In this document: positions 17,528-26,616 of the stretch, in pieces
Numbering within the stretch: the stretch's first letter is position 1
How the letters are laid out: the number at the start of each line of letters is the position of its first letter
Assembly (NCBI GenBank): GCA_025340205.1
Contig: CP006868.1
Coordinates: forward strand, 1,050,001 to 1,082,000
Origin: Ignicoccus pacificus DSM 13166
GTDB lineage: Archaea; Thermoproteota; Thermoprotei_A; Sulfolobales; Ignicoccaceae
Direction: 5' to 3'
DNA length: 32,000 bases
The notes under the pieces: generated by a model
The model's input: only the letters and a program-made list of their open reading frames with translations
What the model was told of the DNA's origin: nothing
The model's database searches: none
Made by a program: the position numbers and the translations under genes

Positions 17528-18046
17528 TTATTCAACAGCCTCGAGCATCTCCTTTAACGCCCTTTCTCCATAAGCTATTAGCCATACCTCCATACCCTCG
17601 CAGACTTCCTTCAGTGCCCTCATTATCTCCTCCGTGGCCTCCCTAACGCTAAGGCCCCCTACCCCAGCTCCTAAGGCGGGAAGAGCTATTCTCTTCAGCC
17701 CCATCTCCTTGGCGAGCTCCAAGGCAGCCTTAGCCGCTAGGTAGGCGTTCCTCCTACCTATCCTCATAGCCGGCCTCTCCATTGTGGGAGCGTGAATAAC
17801 GTACTTGACCTTAAGTCTTCCTCCAGTGGTGGCTATTGCCTTCCCCACCGGAACGGGAGCTTTGGTCCTAGCCTCCCTCTCTATCTCCTCCCCTCCCTTT
17901 CTCTTTATGGCTCCAGCGACCCCTCCTCCCATGATCATCAAGCTGTTGGCCGCGTTTACTATGGCGTCTCCGTCGAACTCGGTTATGTCTCCTTCAGCGA
18001 CTACTACCTTGCACTTCCCTATCTCGAACTCCTTCACCTTTCTCAT
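17528..18046 (-). CDS. Macro domain (ADP-ribose-binding/hydrolysing) protein
   Basis: 172 aa; 'VVAEGDITEFDGDAIVNAANSLMIMGGGVAGAIKRKGG', 'GKAIATTGGRLKVKYVIHAPTM', 'ALPALGAGVGGLS'. Confidence 0.92.
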   Translation of the reverse strand: MRKVKEFEIGKCKVVVAEGDITEFDGDAIVNAANSLMIMGGGVAGAIKRKGGEEIEREARTKAPVPVGKAIATTGGRLKVKYVIHAPTMERPAMRIGRRNAYLAAKAALELAKEMGLKRIALPALGAGVGGLSVREATEEIMRALKEVCEGMEVWLIAYGERALKEMLEAVE

Positions 18047-18124
18047 GGCTCTCCACTAAGAGTGGGAGGTTTCCTCCACTCTAATAAGCCTTGAATGCTC
18101 CTTCGGTGCGAGGTATGAGTTAAC

Positions 18125-18523
18125 TTGAGGAACCTCTCCCCAGAGGACGTTCCGCTCTTACCGTCAAAGGAGTTCTTGCTAGAGTTCTTGCTCGATGAGG
18201 AGGACTCGCCCAGAGCACTCATAAATGCTCTAAAGGAAGAGATAGAGATGGCCAAGAAGAGACTGGAGAAAGAGCAGTTCCCTTGCAAATACGAGAACGT
18301 GGCAAGCCTCATAACTCTCTCAGCGCTACAGAATGCCTTGATAGCCATAGAGGCTCTAAAGGATTACGAGGAAGGAAAGGAGGTCGACTTGGAAAAGGCC
18401 GCCTTAGCTCTCGAGACCGTGCTAGCTCTGATAAGGGCATCCGGAACGAAAGCGCTTCCGGAAAGCGTCACAGAGATCTTAATCAAGTGCTGCAAGGAGC
18501 CTCAAGGAGGTTCCATGAAATAG
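18125..18523 (+). CDS. Hypothetical helical protein
   Basis: 132-aa ORF with TTG start; charged helical composition, alternative frame ORF less convincing. Confidence 0.5.
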   Translation: MRNLSPEDVPLLPSKEFLLEFLLDEEDSPRALINALKEEIEMAKKRLEKEQFPCKYENVASLITLSALQNALIAIEALKDYEEGKEVDLEKAALALETVLALIRASGTKALPESVTEILIKCCKEPQGGSMK

Positions 18524-18566
18524 AATTGAGAAAAGCTTTTAGCCTCTTTTCTTCCCCTCACCACGG

Positions 18567-18642
18567 AGCCGGGTCGTCTAGCGGCCAAGGATGCGGGGCT
18601 TTGGCCCCCGTGACCGGGGTTCGAATCCCCGCCCGGCTACCA
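18567..18642 (+). tRNA. tRNA-Gln (anticodon TTG), CCA encoded, no intron
   Basis: Acceptor AGCCGGG/CCCGGCT; anticodon stem CGGGG/CCCCG with loop CTTTGGC; T arm CGGGG-TTCGAAT-CCCCG; discriminator A then CCA. Confidence 0.95.
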
Positions 18643-19146
18643 CGACCTTCCCTTCACGTACAAGAATAAGGTGTGATACATGTGCTCGTCCTCCAACCTA
18701 ACTACCTTCACCGGCTTCCAGTGAGCCATAGGATATTCGTGGCTCACTACCCTGACTCCTTCCTTTAACTCTCTCTCCAGCTTGGGTCGCAACATCTCCA
18801 TTAGATCTGGGAGCAAGAACATGGTAACTACGGTTGCCTCGGAAACGGGAATTTCAAGGACGTCTCCTTTGATGATTTCCACTCTCCCCTCTAAGCCCTT
18901 CTTCTTTACTTCCTCTTTAGCTATCTGTACCAAGTCGGAGCGTATCTCTATTCCAACCGCTTTCTTGGCTCCGAACTCCTCTACAGCAATTATCGGGATC
19001 CTCCCGTCCCCAGAGCCTAAGTCGTAGACCACGTCCTCTGGACCTACCTTGGCTAATTCAAGCATCGCCTTTGCGACGTGTCTTGGAGTGGGAACGTAGG
19101 GCACGCTGAAGCCCAGCTCCGGGAAAGGGATGCTCACAAACTCCAA
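18637..19146 (-). CDS. SAM-dependent methyltransferase
   Basis: 169 aa; 'EDVVYDLGSGDGRIPIIAVEEFGAKKAVGIEIRSDLVQIAKEEVKKKGLEGRVEIIKGDVLEIP' motifs I-III. Confidence 0.88.
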   Translation of the reverse strand: MEFVSIPFPELGFSVPYVPTPRHVAKAMLELAKVGPEDVVYDLGSGDGRIPIIAVEEFGAKKAVGIEIRSDLVQIAKEEVKKKGLEGRVEIIKGDVLEIPVSEATVVTMFLLPDLMEMLRPKLERELKEGVRVVSHEYPMAHWKPVKVVRLEDEHMYHTLFLYVKGRSW

Positions 19147-19182
19147 TATCCCGCCCCCATTAGGCCCACGGTGGAAGGAGTT

Positions 19183-19473
19183 ATGAGAGAAGCAGCGGAA
19201 CTTCTAAAAAGTAGAATAAAGGAGGGAAAGGTAATCTGTGAGTTCACGGGAGACTGCTACATCTGTTACTTGAAGAAAGGAAGCGATTGGTTCATCGTAG
19301 CCATCTCACACGGTAAGAGCCTTTACGCAAAGATAGTACCCTATGGGAAGTTTCCAATTATTGAGAACTGCGAGGGAGTTCTGGTAGCTCCCAACGGTCT
19401 CTTCGCATTTGGAGAAAACGAGGAGAAATTGGTAGAGGAGATATTGAAGAAATTAGAAATTATAAAGAAATAA
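19183..19473 (+). CDS. Hypothetical protein
   Basis: Internal ATG at 19183 after GGAAGGAG is a better start than 19078: MREAAELLKSRIKEGKVICEFTGDCYICYLKKGSDWFIVAISHG...; 96 aa. Confidence 0.6.
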   Translation: MREAAELLKSRIKEGKVICEFTGDCYICYLKKGSDWFIVAISHGKSLYAKIVPYGKFPIIENCEGVLVAPNGLFAFGENEEKLVEEILKKLEIIKK

Positions 19474-19478
19474 GGTTT

Positions 19479-21944
19479 TTACTTTCCTAGCTTCTCCTCG
19501 AGCTCCGCTAGCCTCCTCAGCATTACCTTCCTCTCGACTCCGGCCACCATGTACCTAGTCCTTATTACAGCGTCAGGGTTGACGCTTATGCTGTCTATTC
19601 CTGCCTTCACCAAGAACTCCACCAGCTCTGGATAGACGCTAGGTCCTTGTCCGCAGATGCTGACGGTCCTTCCGTACTTGTGGGCGGTCTTGATGAGCAT
19701 CTCTATGGCCTTTAGAACTGCAGGATCCCTCTCGTCGAAGTAGCCCATCCTGGCGAGCAAGTCGCTGTCTCTGTCAGCTCCTAGCACGAGCTGGGTCAAG
19801 TCGTTGCTTCCTATGCTAAATCCGTCCACCAGCTGGGAGAACTGATCAGCTAGGAGGACCACGCTGGGCACCTCGGCCATTATCCATACCTTGAAGTCCC
19901 TGTTCCTCTCCAAGCCCTCATCCTTCATTATGTTCAGTACCTTCTCTACCTCCCAAGTGGTCCTCACGAAGGGTAGCATTACCCACACGTTCTTCAGACC
20001 GAACTCCTCTCTCACCTTCTTGATAGCCCTTAGCTCCAGCCTGAACGCCGGCTCGTACTTGGGACTGATGTACCTAGACACTCCCCTCCATCCGAGCATC
20101 GGGTTCCTCTCTTCGGGCTCGAACTCCTCTCCTCCCTTGAGTCCCCTGTACTCGTTGCTCTTGAAGTCGCTGAACCTTACCACTACGGGCCTTGGATAGA
20201 TAGCAGAAGCGACCTTGGCTATTCCATCTGCCAGCTTGTTGATGAAGTAGGTCTCCTTACCCTGCTTGATTAGGTAGAGCGGGTGGTAGCCGATCCAGTC
20301 GGTAATTATGAACTCTATCCTCATTAGTCCTATTCCGTCGAAGGGCAAGTCCTTGTAGCGGTCGATGGCGTTGGGCTCTCCCAAGTTCATGTAGATCTTG
20401 GTTCCAGTAGCGGGGAAGAGGAACCTCAGCTCTTCCGCTGGCAATCCAATTCCTCCTCCAGCAGCCTCCTTCTTCTCCTCCTTCTCTCCTCCGAGCCTTA
20501 CCTTGCCCTTGTACACAACTCCTCTGTATCCGTCTACGGTTACCACCATTCCGCTCTGGATCTTCTTAGTGGCCTCCTTAGTTCCGACCACTGCCGGAAT
20601 TCCCAACTCTCTGGAGACTATTGCAGCGTGGGAGGTCATTCCTCCCTCGTCAGTGACGATCGCAGAGGCCTTTCTCATCAAGGGTACCCAGTCGGGGTCG
20701 GTCATCTTGGTTACCAGCACGTCTCCTTCGTTGAACTTGTCCGCATCTTTCTTGGGGTCGAACAGGACCTTAGCGACGCCAACCCCTATTCCGGGAGAAG
20801 CAGGGAGACCCCTAACTAGGACCTCCGCCTCCACGTGCTCAACCTCTTCTTCCTCCTCCGGCCTCACTTTTACTTCTTTCCTTGCACTCCACACGGTCTC
20901 GGGCCTTGCTTGTAGCATGAACACGTTCTTGGGGAACTCTATGTCCTTGTCTATCGCCCACTCTATGTCCATAGGCCTTCCGTAGTGGTCCTCTACCCTA
21001 ACTCCCATCTTGGCGACAGCGAATACCTCGCGGTCGCTTAGAGCCGGAGCCTTGGCCTTCTCCTCGGGAAGCTCCACCTCTACGGTTCCTCCCTTCTCAG
21101 GGTCGTAGAGTATAGCTATCTTCTTCTCAGCTATGTGCTTCTCCAAGATCATCCTCTTGAGGTCCTCCTCGCTCACCTCAGTGGGATCCTTGTCCATCAA
21201 CTCCTTGACCACGTTCTTGTCAACTATGTAGGTGTCGGGGGTCACCTTTCCTCCCACTACGGCCTCTCCGAGGCCCCAGGAGGCCTCTATGGTGATCTTG
21301 TCGCTGTCGCCGTTCCTTACATCAAGGGTGAACATCACTCCGGCCTTGTCGGCGTTCACCATCTTCTGCACTACGGTAGCCATTGCTACGTTCTCGTGAG
21401 GTATGCCCTTGCTGACCCTGTAGGCGATAGCTCTGGCATTGAAGAGGGAGGCCCAGCACTTCTTGACGTGCTCCACTACGGAGTCCTCGCCCACCACGTT
21501 GAGGTAGGTGTCTTGCTGGCCGGCGAAGGAGGCGTCGGGGAGGTCCTCAGCGGTCGCGGAGGACCTTACCGCCACGTGAAGCTTGTCGGGCTCTACCCCG
21601 ACCCTCTTGGCTAACTCTCTGTAAGCCTCCCTTATCGCCTTCTCTATGTACTCTGGCATGGGAGTTTCGAGGATAAGCTTCTTTATCTCCTCAGCCTTCT
21701 TCTCCAAAAGATCCACGTTGCTTACGTCTATGCCCTTCAACATCTCGTTGATCTTGTCCAAAATGCCGGTCTCAGTTACGAACTTCCTGTAAGCGGTGGA
21801 GGAGACGACGAAGCCGGGAGGTACGGGGATCCCGGCCCTTACCATCTCTCCTAGGTTAGCTCCCTTTCCTCCGGCCAAGGGAATGTCGTCCTTTCCTATC
21901 TCTTCAAACCACAAGATTATCTTGCTGGCCTTATCTTCAGCCAT
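19479..21944 (-). CDS. ppsA: Phosphoenolpyruvate synthase (pyruvate, water dikinase)
   Basis: 821 aa; '[14 protein letters not shown]', '[25 protein letters not shown]', phosphohistidine '[23 protein letters not shown]', '[16 protein letters not shown]', 'CGQGPS'. Confidence 0.97.
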   Translation of the reverse strand: MAEDKASKIILWFEEIGKDDIPLAGGKGANLGEMVRAGIPVPPGFVVSSTAYRKFVTETGILDKINEMLKGIDVSNVDLLEKKAEEIKKLILETPMPEYIEKAIREAYRELAKRVGVEPDKLHVAVRSSATAEDLPDASFAGQQDTYLNVVGEDSVVEHVKKCWASLFNARAIAYRVSKGIPHENVAMATVVQKMVNADKAGVMFTLDVRNGDSDKITIEASWGLGEAVVGGKVTPDTYIVDKNVVKELMDKDPTEVSEEDLKRMILEKHIAEKKIAILYDPEKGGTVEVELPEEKAKAPALSDREVFAVAKMGVRVEDHYGRPMDIEWAIDKDIEFPKNVFMLQARPETVWSARKEVKVRPEEEEEVEHVEAEVLVRGLPASPGIGVGVAKVLFDPKKDADKFNEGDVLVTKMTDPDWVPLMRKASAIVTDEGGMTSHAAIVSRELGIPAVVGTKEATKKIQSGMVVTVDGYRGVVYKGKVRLGGEKEEKKEAAGGGIGLPAEELRFLFPATGTKIYMNLGEPNAIDRYKDLPFDGIGLMRIEFIITDWIGYHPLYLIKQGKETYFINKLADGIAKVASAIYPRPVVVRFSDFKSNEYRGLKGGEEFEPEERNPMLGWRGVSRYISPKYEPAFRLELRAIKKVREEFGLKNVWVMLPFVRTTWEVEKVLNIMKDEGLERNRDFKVWIMAEVPSVVLLADQFSQLVDGFSIGSNDLTQLVLGADRDSDLLARMGYFDERDPAVLKAIEMLIKTAHKYGRTVSICGQGPSVYPELVEFLVKAGIDSISVNPDAVIRTRYMVAGVERKVMLRRLAELEEKLGK

Positions 21945-22011
21945 AAGGGTACCCCCGCAGACGTAGGGTCAGTTTACCTTTAAGGTTTATGCATGATAAT
22001 ACCGTATATAC

Positions 22012-23130
22012 TCAAAGGGATCTCTTGCTTAGCATTAAGGAATAGGAGGAGAGCAAGCTTATTCCAGCTGCTACCACGAACGTCCATCCTCCTCCCATTC
22101 CCATGGCCTCGAACGCTTTGTACAAGCTCGATCCTATTATTGGTCCTACGGCGTTTCCTATACCGAACAAGGTCTGCCTCATTCCAAAGTGCTTAGCGTT
22201 GGCCCCCATCTCTCCTTGTGCGGCTTTGGATATGGACACCGAGGTAACTGCTGTTAGTCTGTTCAACGTGAGAAATAGCACTAGGAGGTAATAATCCCTT
22301 ATGAAACCTATCACGGCTATGAAGAAGGCTTGGAGGGCCTTCAGCTGTGCACTCATCTTGAGCTTTCCCTCAGTCCCTCGAAGATCGGCCTTCGACGCTA
22401 TGAAGTAGGAGAAAACTAGCACGATCAGTCCGGGAACAGCCATAGCTGTTGAGAAGGCCTTGGGGGAGGCCGTTATGTACTGAATTATATAGGTAGGGAT
22501 GATAGGAACTCTCATTCCTAAGGATAAACCATTCAGAAACGCGCTGAAGTAAATGAACTTCATCGCCTTCGATGGCACCCTTGGGCCTCCGGAAGTGGTC
22601 TTTGCCGGAACTAGGAATGGAATGGTAGAAAATAGCACCGCGGAGATTAGAATCGGATTCCTCACTCCAGAAGAGGTCATACTAACTATGGCGAAGCCTC
22701 CCATTAGGTTTCCTAGCGAGAAGCCCAAGTTAGAGGAGATGTTGAGGAGAGTCATGCCCCTTGCTCCGCCACCTTTCTTTATTACGGAGCTCTCCAAGTG
22801 GGGCCATATCGTCCCGGAGCCTAAGCCTTGGAGGACTCTGAAGGCGAGCAAGGTAGGGTAGTTAGGGGCTAGGTACATTCCTAGGGCGCTGACTGCTAAC
22901 AAGGACGCTCCTAGAGAAGGCTTTACCTTATATGAGAACCACGAGGAAAAGGTTCTGGCCAACATGAAGGAGGTTCCAAGCAAGCCTAGGTCAACTACCA
23001 CCCTCTGGGCCGGGAGGGTCTTCCCGGGAACTAAGAGGCCTTTGAAGGCAAGGAGAATGTAGGGCAAGGCGATTGATATCATTGACATGCCAGATGCCAT
23101 CAGAAAGGCGGCAGCTGCCTCTTTCTTCAC
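22012..23130 (-). CDS. MFS-type transporter
   Basis: 372 aa, about 10-12 hydrophobic segments; 'FRVLQGLGSGTIWPHLESSVI' and duplicated half 'MRQTLFGIGNAVGPIIGSSLYKAFEAMG'. Confidence 0.8.
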   Translation of the reverse strand: MKKEAAAAFLMASGMSMISIALPYILLAFKGLLVPGKTLPAQRVVVDLGLLGTSFMLARTFSSWFSYKVKPSLGASLLAVSALGMYLAPNYPTLLAFRVLQGLGSGTIWPHLESSVIKKGGGARGMTLLNISSNLGFSLGNLMGGFAIVSMTSSGVRNPILISAVLFSTIPFLVPAKTTSGGPRVPSKAMKFIYFSAFLNGLSLGMRVPIIPTYIIQYITASPKAFSTAMAVPGLIVLVFSYFIASKADLRGTEGKLKMSAQLKALQAFFIAVIGFIRDYYLLVLFLTLNRLTAVTSVSISKAAQGEMGANAKHFGMRQTLFGIGNAVGPIIGSSLYKAFEAMGMGGGWTFVVAAGISLLSSYSLMLSKRSL

Positions 23131-23172
23131 TCCCTCTTACCGCATCCAGCCTTAAAGGAACGAAAAATAAAG

Positions 23173-24705
23173 TCACTTCTTGGTCTTTACTAGCTCCTTT
23201 ACCAACTTCTCTAACTCATTGAGCTCCTTCTTTAACTTCTCAATCTTCTGAAGTACTTGCTGCAAGGTAACTTCTCCCTTCGTGACGTTCTTGGTGGGTA
23301 TTCCAGACTTCAGTTCGAAGAGCAAGCTCTCAGCAGTTACCTTACCCTTTACTGGGAAACTCTTCACCGTTCCAGATGTCGCGTTGAGGAAGTCGACGCT
23401 GACCAAGCCTCTCGAGTCTGCAGTAGTTATGGTTACTTTCCACATTAGGGTGTGGTTGAAGTAGGAGGGCATAGGTTCTTGAATTAGCAGCTGATCCCAA
23501 GCCCAGTTGGGATGAGCCTTCATCACGTAGCTCTGTACTTTAGATATTCCTATTTCAGGTCTCTTGAACTTGTAGATGTAGATCTTGGGGGCCGTGGACA
23601 TAGCATCAACCAGTATGAGCATGTAAGCGGAGTAGGTGTTTCCAGGAGGCTCCGCTACGAAAGTCCACCAAGGATGACCGTTCTTATCAAGGAGCAAATA
23701 AGGCTGGGGGTTATCTCCGACGTCTCTTATGACAAAGGTGTTGTGGTAGAAGACCGCTTGGACCCAGTTCTTCAACCTAAGGCACTCCACCCACTTCCTA
23801 GCTACCTCCTCCGGGAGCACCGGGACGTGAAGCCTCGCCACCTCTTGAGGACTCACCGACTTTATGGTCCCGTTTGGATAGACAATGAAGTACTTCTCGA
23901 TAACCGGTAGAGCACCGGGGAACCTCATCTCGTACCTAACCACGGGGACCACTTGGAGGACCTTTCCATTATGGAGAACATCTGCCACGTCTTGCCAGAG
24001 CACCTCCTTCCCGAAGGCTCCCCTAATGGTGAGCTCGAAAGCCAAGGTATCCGCTAAGAGCGGGGTTAGCTTTATGTTGTGTAATCCCCACTCTATCCTC
24101 TGCTTCACTATCTTCACTTCTGGAGGATACACATCTCCGTAGATGAAGACGGCTCCTACGGGAGTCCTAGTGATCTCGTTCAGGAAGCCCTCCGGCTCTA
24201 TGAGCCAGTTGTAGACGGGTCTCTTTCCGATGTAATACAGATAGCTCTCGTCGAAGTATATGGTGTGGGTAGGTATCTGTATCCTGTCGGAGGCGTAGGC
24301 ATAGGCGGTCGGCAAGGGAATGAGTCTGTAGATTCCGTAGAGCTCGGGCATCTTGTTGAGGTAAACTACTTGGAGGCTTTGTGCCACAGCGGACTTGGCG
24401 AGAATGTCCACGAATGGTATTATGAAGAGTGGGGAGATGAGGACGATCATAGCTAGCGTGAACAGCCCTCCGCTCTCAGCATCTATCGACTTGAAGATCA
24501 ACAACATGGCTATTATGAAAGCAACTAACGCTATTACGAACGAACCGGGATTTGCGGAGATCCAGAGGACGAGGCCGCTAAGGGGAAGGACGAACCAACC
24601 GCTCCAATATCCTATTATGAGGATGAGAGGCAATATGAATGCTATTAACCTTATTCTGAAGTTTATCTTACTTAGATTTATTTTTATTTCTTCTTCTTCG
24701 GTCAT
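23173..24705 (-). CDS. Membrane protein of unknown function with large extracytoplasmic domain and C-terminal coiled coil
   Basis: 510 aa; three or so N-terminal TM segments, then ~350-aa soluble region, ending 'LQQVLQKIEKLKKELNELEKLVKELVKTKK'. Confidence 0.7.
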   Translation of the reverse strand: MTEEEEIKINLSKINFRIRLIAFILPLILIIGYWSGWFVLPLSGLVLWISANPGSFVIALVAFIIAMLLIFKSIDAESGGLFTLAMIVLISPLFIIPFVDILAKSAVAQSLQVVYLNKMPELYGIYRLIPLPTAYAYASDRIQIPTHTIYFDESYLYYIGKRPVYNWLIEPEGFLNEITRTPVGAVFIYGDVYPPEVKIVKQRIEWGLHNIKLTPLLADTLAFELTIRGAFGKEVLWQDVADVLHNGKVLQVVPVVRYEMRFPGALPVIEKYFIVYPNGTIKSVSPQEVARLHVPVLPEEVARKWVECLRLKNWVQAVFYHNTFVIRDVGDNPQPYLLLDKNGHPWWTFVAEPPGNTYSAYMLILVDAMSTAPKIYIYKFKRPEIGISKVQSYVMKAHPNWAWDQLLIQEPMPSYFNHTLMWKVTITTADSRGLVSVDFLNATSGTVKSFPVKGKVTAESLLFELKSGIPTKNVTKGEVTLQQVLQKIEKLKKELNELEKLVKELVKTKK

Positions 24706-24825
24706 TCCAAATCCCTACGAGCTCGCGTGTGGAGACCTCGATAATAAGCCTGAGGCTCTATAGCGAAAATTCCAAGCGTTCGAACAAGGGTTATTTACGT
24801 GCCCTAATGGTCCTAGCCGGAGTCA

Positions 24826-24882
24826 GGGGATGAAGTGTGACTCCAATTCAGAAGGGTGAAGAGTTTCCGCCCCTCCTGACCC
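24826..24882 (+). ncRNA. Candidate C/D box sRNA
   Basis: C-like GGATGAA (24828..24834), D'-like CAGA, C'-like GTGAAGA 3 nt later, perfect D box CTGA (24876..24879), flanked by GGGG/CCCT potential closing stem; 12-14 nt guide-size intervals. C, C' and D' each deviate from consensus. Confidence 0.3.
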
Positions 24883-25014
24883 TCAAGTTCCTTTGTGACC
24901 CACTATTGCCGGAGCGTTGACTACCGTTAGGAAGCCTCCCCTAACCGAGTAGCTCGAGAGGACGAAGGCGTAGTCCTCAAAGAACGGTAACTTAGATTTG
25001 AGTTCCTTAGGCAT
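24883..25014 (-). CDS. Small ORF, 43 aa (not in supplied track)
   Basis: MPKELKSKLPFFEDYAFVLSSYSVRGGFLTVVNAPAIVGHKGT*, ATG at 25014 preceded by GAGACGGAA; fills an otherwise empty intergenic gap. Confidence 0.4.
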   Translation of the reverse strand: MPKELKSKLPFFEDYAFVLSSYSVRGGFLTVVNAPAIVGHKGT

Positions 25015-25097
25015 TTCCGTCTCCTCAAGGTTTTATTAATTAGTTAATTAGAAATCTTTTAAATCAACATTTGAGATGAATTCTCTTTGGATATTAT

Positions 25098-26450
25098 TTA
25101 GGGTTTAATGAATTTGAAAACGTAAACAATACCATTCCTTAACCCAACAGCTATCCTATCCCTCCACCAACTGACTGAGATAACCCAATCCTCAAACAAT
25201 CTCTCCAGCACTTGCTTTCCAGCTTGAATATTAAATATATGGATCTTTTTATCTTCAACATTAGTACTTATCAAGTACCTACGATCCGGAGAGAACGCCA
25301 CGTTTCGAGCTCCTCCACAACCTACTCCGTTGCATCGGGTTGCCATCCCGCCAAAGCCCCAAAGCAGCCTTGGATTCGTTGGATCGCTTATGTCGTAAAG
25401 GATAACGTGGTGGGCAGTTCCGAGAGCTAAGTACTTCCCACAGACTTGAGCGTCCCAAACGTTTTCATTGAACAATATGCTCTTAACTTCGCTTCCATTC
25501 GAGAGCTTGAGAATGGTTAGGGCCCCTTCACCCCAATGAAACCAACCGTACCTTGGAACGTAAACGTATTCCTTGTAAACTGCCGGACCATTACCAAGGT
25601 AATTCGTGATGTAATTCATACTCATGTCCCACTTCTTGCTTCCGTCGAATTTGAAGTAAGCGAGATTGTAATCACCAGCTAAAAATCCGTCCTTGAGCAT
25701 TGTGATTGCATGATCATAACCATCTCCGACGTAAATCCTCCCCCAAGTCCCGTTGATGAGGTCATAGATGTAAGCATTACCATTCCAATTAATAAATCCG
25801 AACTTGTCGCAGCAGTAGGAGACGTCGCTCATTGCACCGATTTCACAGTACTTACTCACCAAGTTACCGTTTTGATCCAAGATGTAGGCACAGGAACCCG
25901 CGGCAACTCCCAAGTGGCCGTCCTCTGAGAAGGCTAGTTCGTTGACACTATTTCCAGTCTTGTAGGTCCAAAAAAGGCAAAGCGCAAGTCTTTGAAGACT
26001 CTGAACGGTTTTTACACCTTCGCCTTCTCTCATTCTTACTCTTCTGAGTACATCACAAGCATTCGAACCATCAAACAAGTAGAATGAATTTCCCCCAAGG
26101 TAATTCTCATTGGGTATGGATAATCGCGCTTTCTTTCCTCTTTCTTCAACAATCATATTTGAAAAGGGTTTAGGTAGAACTACAGTCTCCTCTTCACTTT
26201 CAAGATACATTACTTTCATGGAATGATTTAGGAGTTCGGAAGGAATGAAGCGGTCATTAGAACCCTTGACGAATTGTGATAAGCTCGATAAAATTTGGGA
26301 AACCTTACTCACTAAACGTTTTAGTGCCCTAAGCTTGTATTTATAACGATCAACGTCGCCAACTTTGATATTGTTGAGGGGAGGGTTGTGATAATGAACC
26401 TTGTACTTACAACAAACAGTATCTTCCTCGCACCAGCACTCCAGCCCCAA
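25098..26450 (-). CDS. Cys-containing beta-propeller-like protein with N-terminal extension, no obvious signal peptide
   Basis: 450 aa; 'GNSVNELAFSEDGHLGVAAGSCAYILDQNGNLVSKYCEIGAMSDVSYCCDKFGFINWNGNAYIYD' closely matches the 10349..11485 protein; N-term 'MGLECWCEEDTVCCKYKVHYHN'. Confidence 0.7.
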   Translation of the reverse strand: MGLECWCEEDTVCCKYKVHYHNPPLNNIKVGDVDRYKYKLRALKRLVSKVSQILSSLSQFVKGSNDRFIPSELLNHSMKVMYLESEEETVVLPKPFSNMIVEERGKKARLSIPNENYLGGNSFYLFDGSNACDVLRRVRMREGEGVKTVQSLQRLALCLFWTYKTGNSVNELAFSEDGHLGVAAGSCAYILDQNGNLVSKYCEIGAMSDVSYCCDKFGFINWNGNAYIYDLINGTWGRIYVGDGYDHAITMLKDGFLAGDYNLAYFKFDGSKKWDMSMNYITNYLGNGPAVYKEYVYVPRYGWFHWGEGALTILKLSNGSEVKSILFNENVWDAQVCGKYLALGTAHHVILYDISDPTNPRLLWGFGGMATRCNGVGCGGARNVAFSPDRRYLISTNVEDKKIHIFNIQAGKQVLERLFEDWVISVSWWRDRIAVGLRNGIVYVFKFIKP

Positions 26451-26616
26451 AGGCCGAAACCCCCTTCTCTGCTTCTCACTATCCTGTGTCCTTCTATATA
26501 AAGGATCTTATGAACTGCAAGTAAGGTGATCTAATAGAGGATTCTCAACCAGGAAGCATTAACCTCGCTCAAAACACTTGAACTCCTTCCACAACTCCTC
26601 AAGGGGGTAGTTCGAC

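Noticed and set aside
19891-21614. Antisense ORFs (102, 195, 63, 159 aa) inside ppsA
   Set aside because: They mirror a strongly supported PEP synthase coding frame; high-GC third-position bias creates spurious opposite-strand ORFs.
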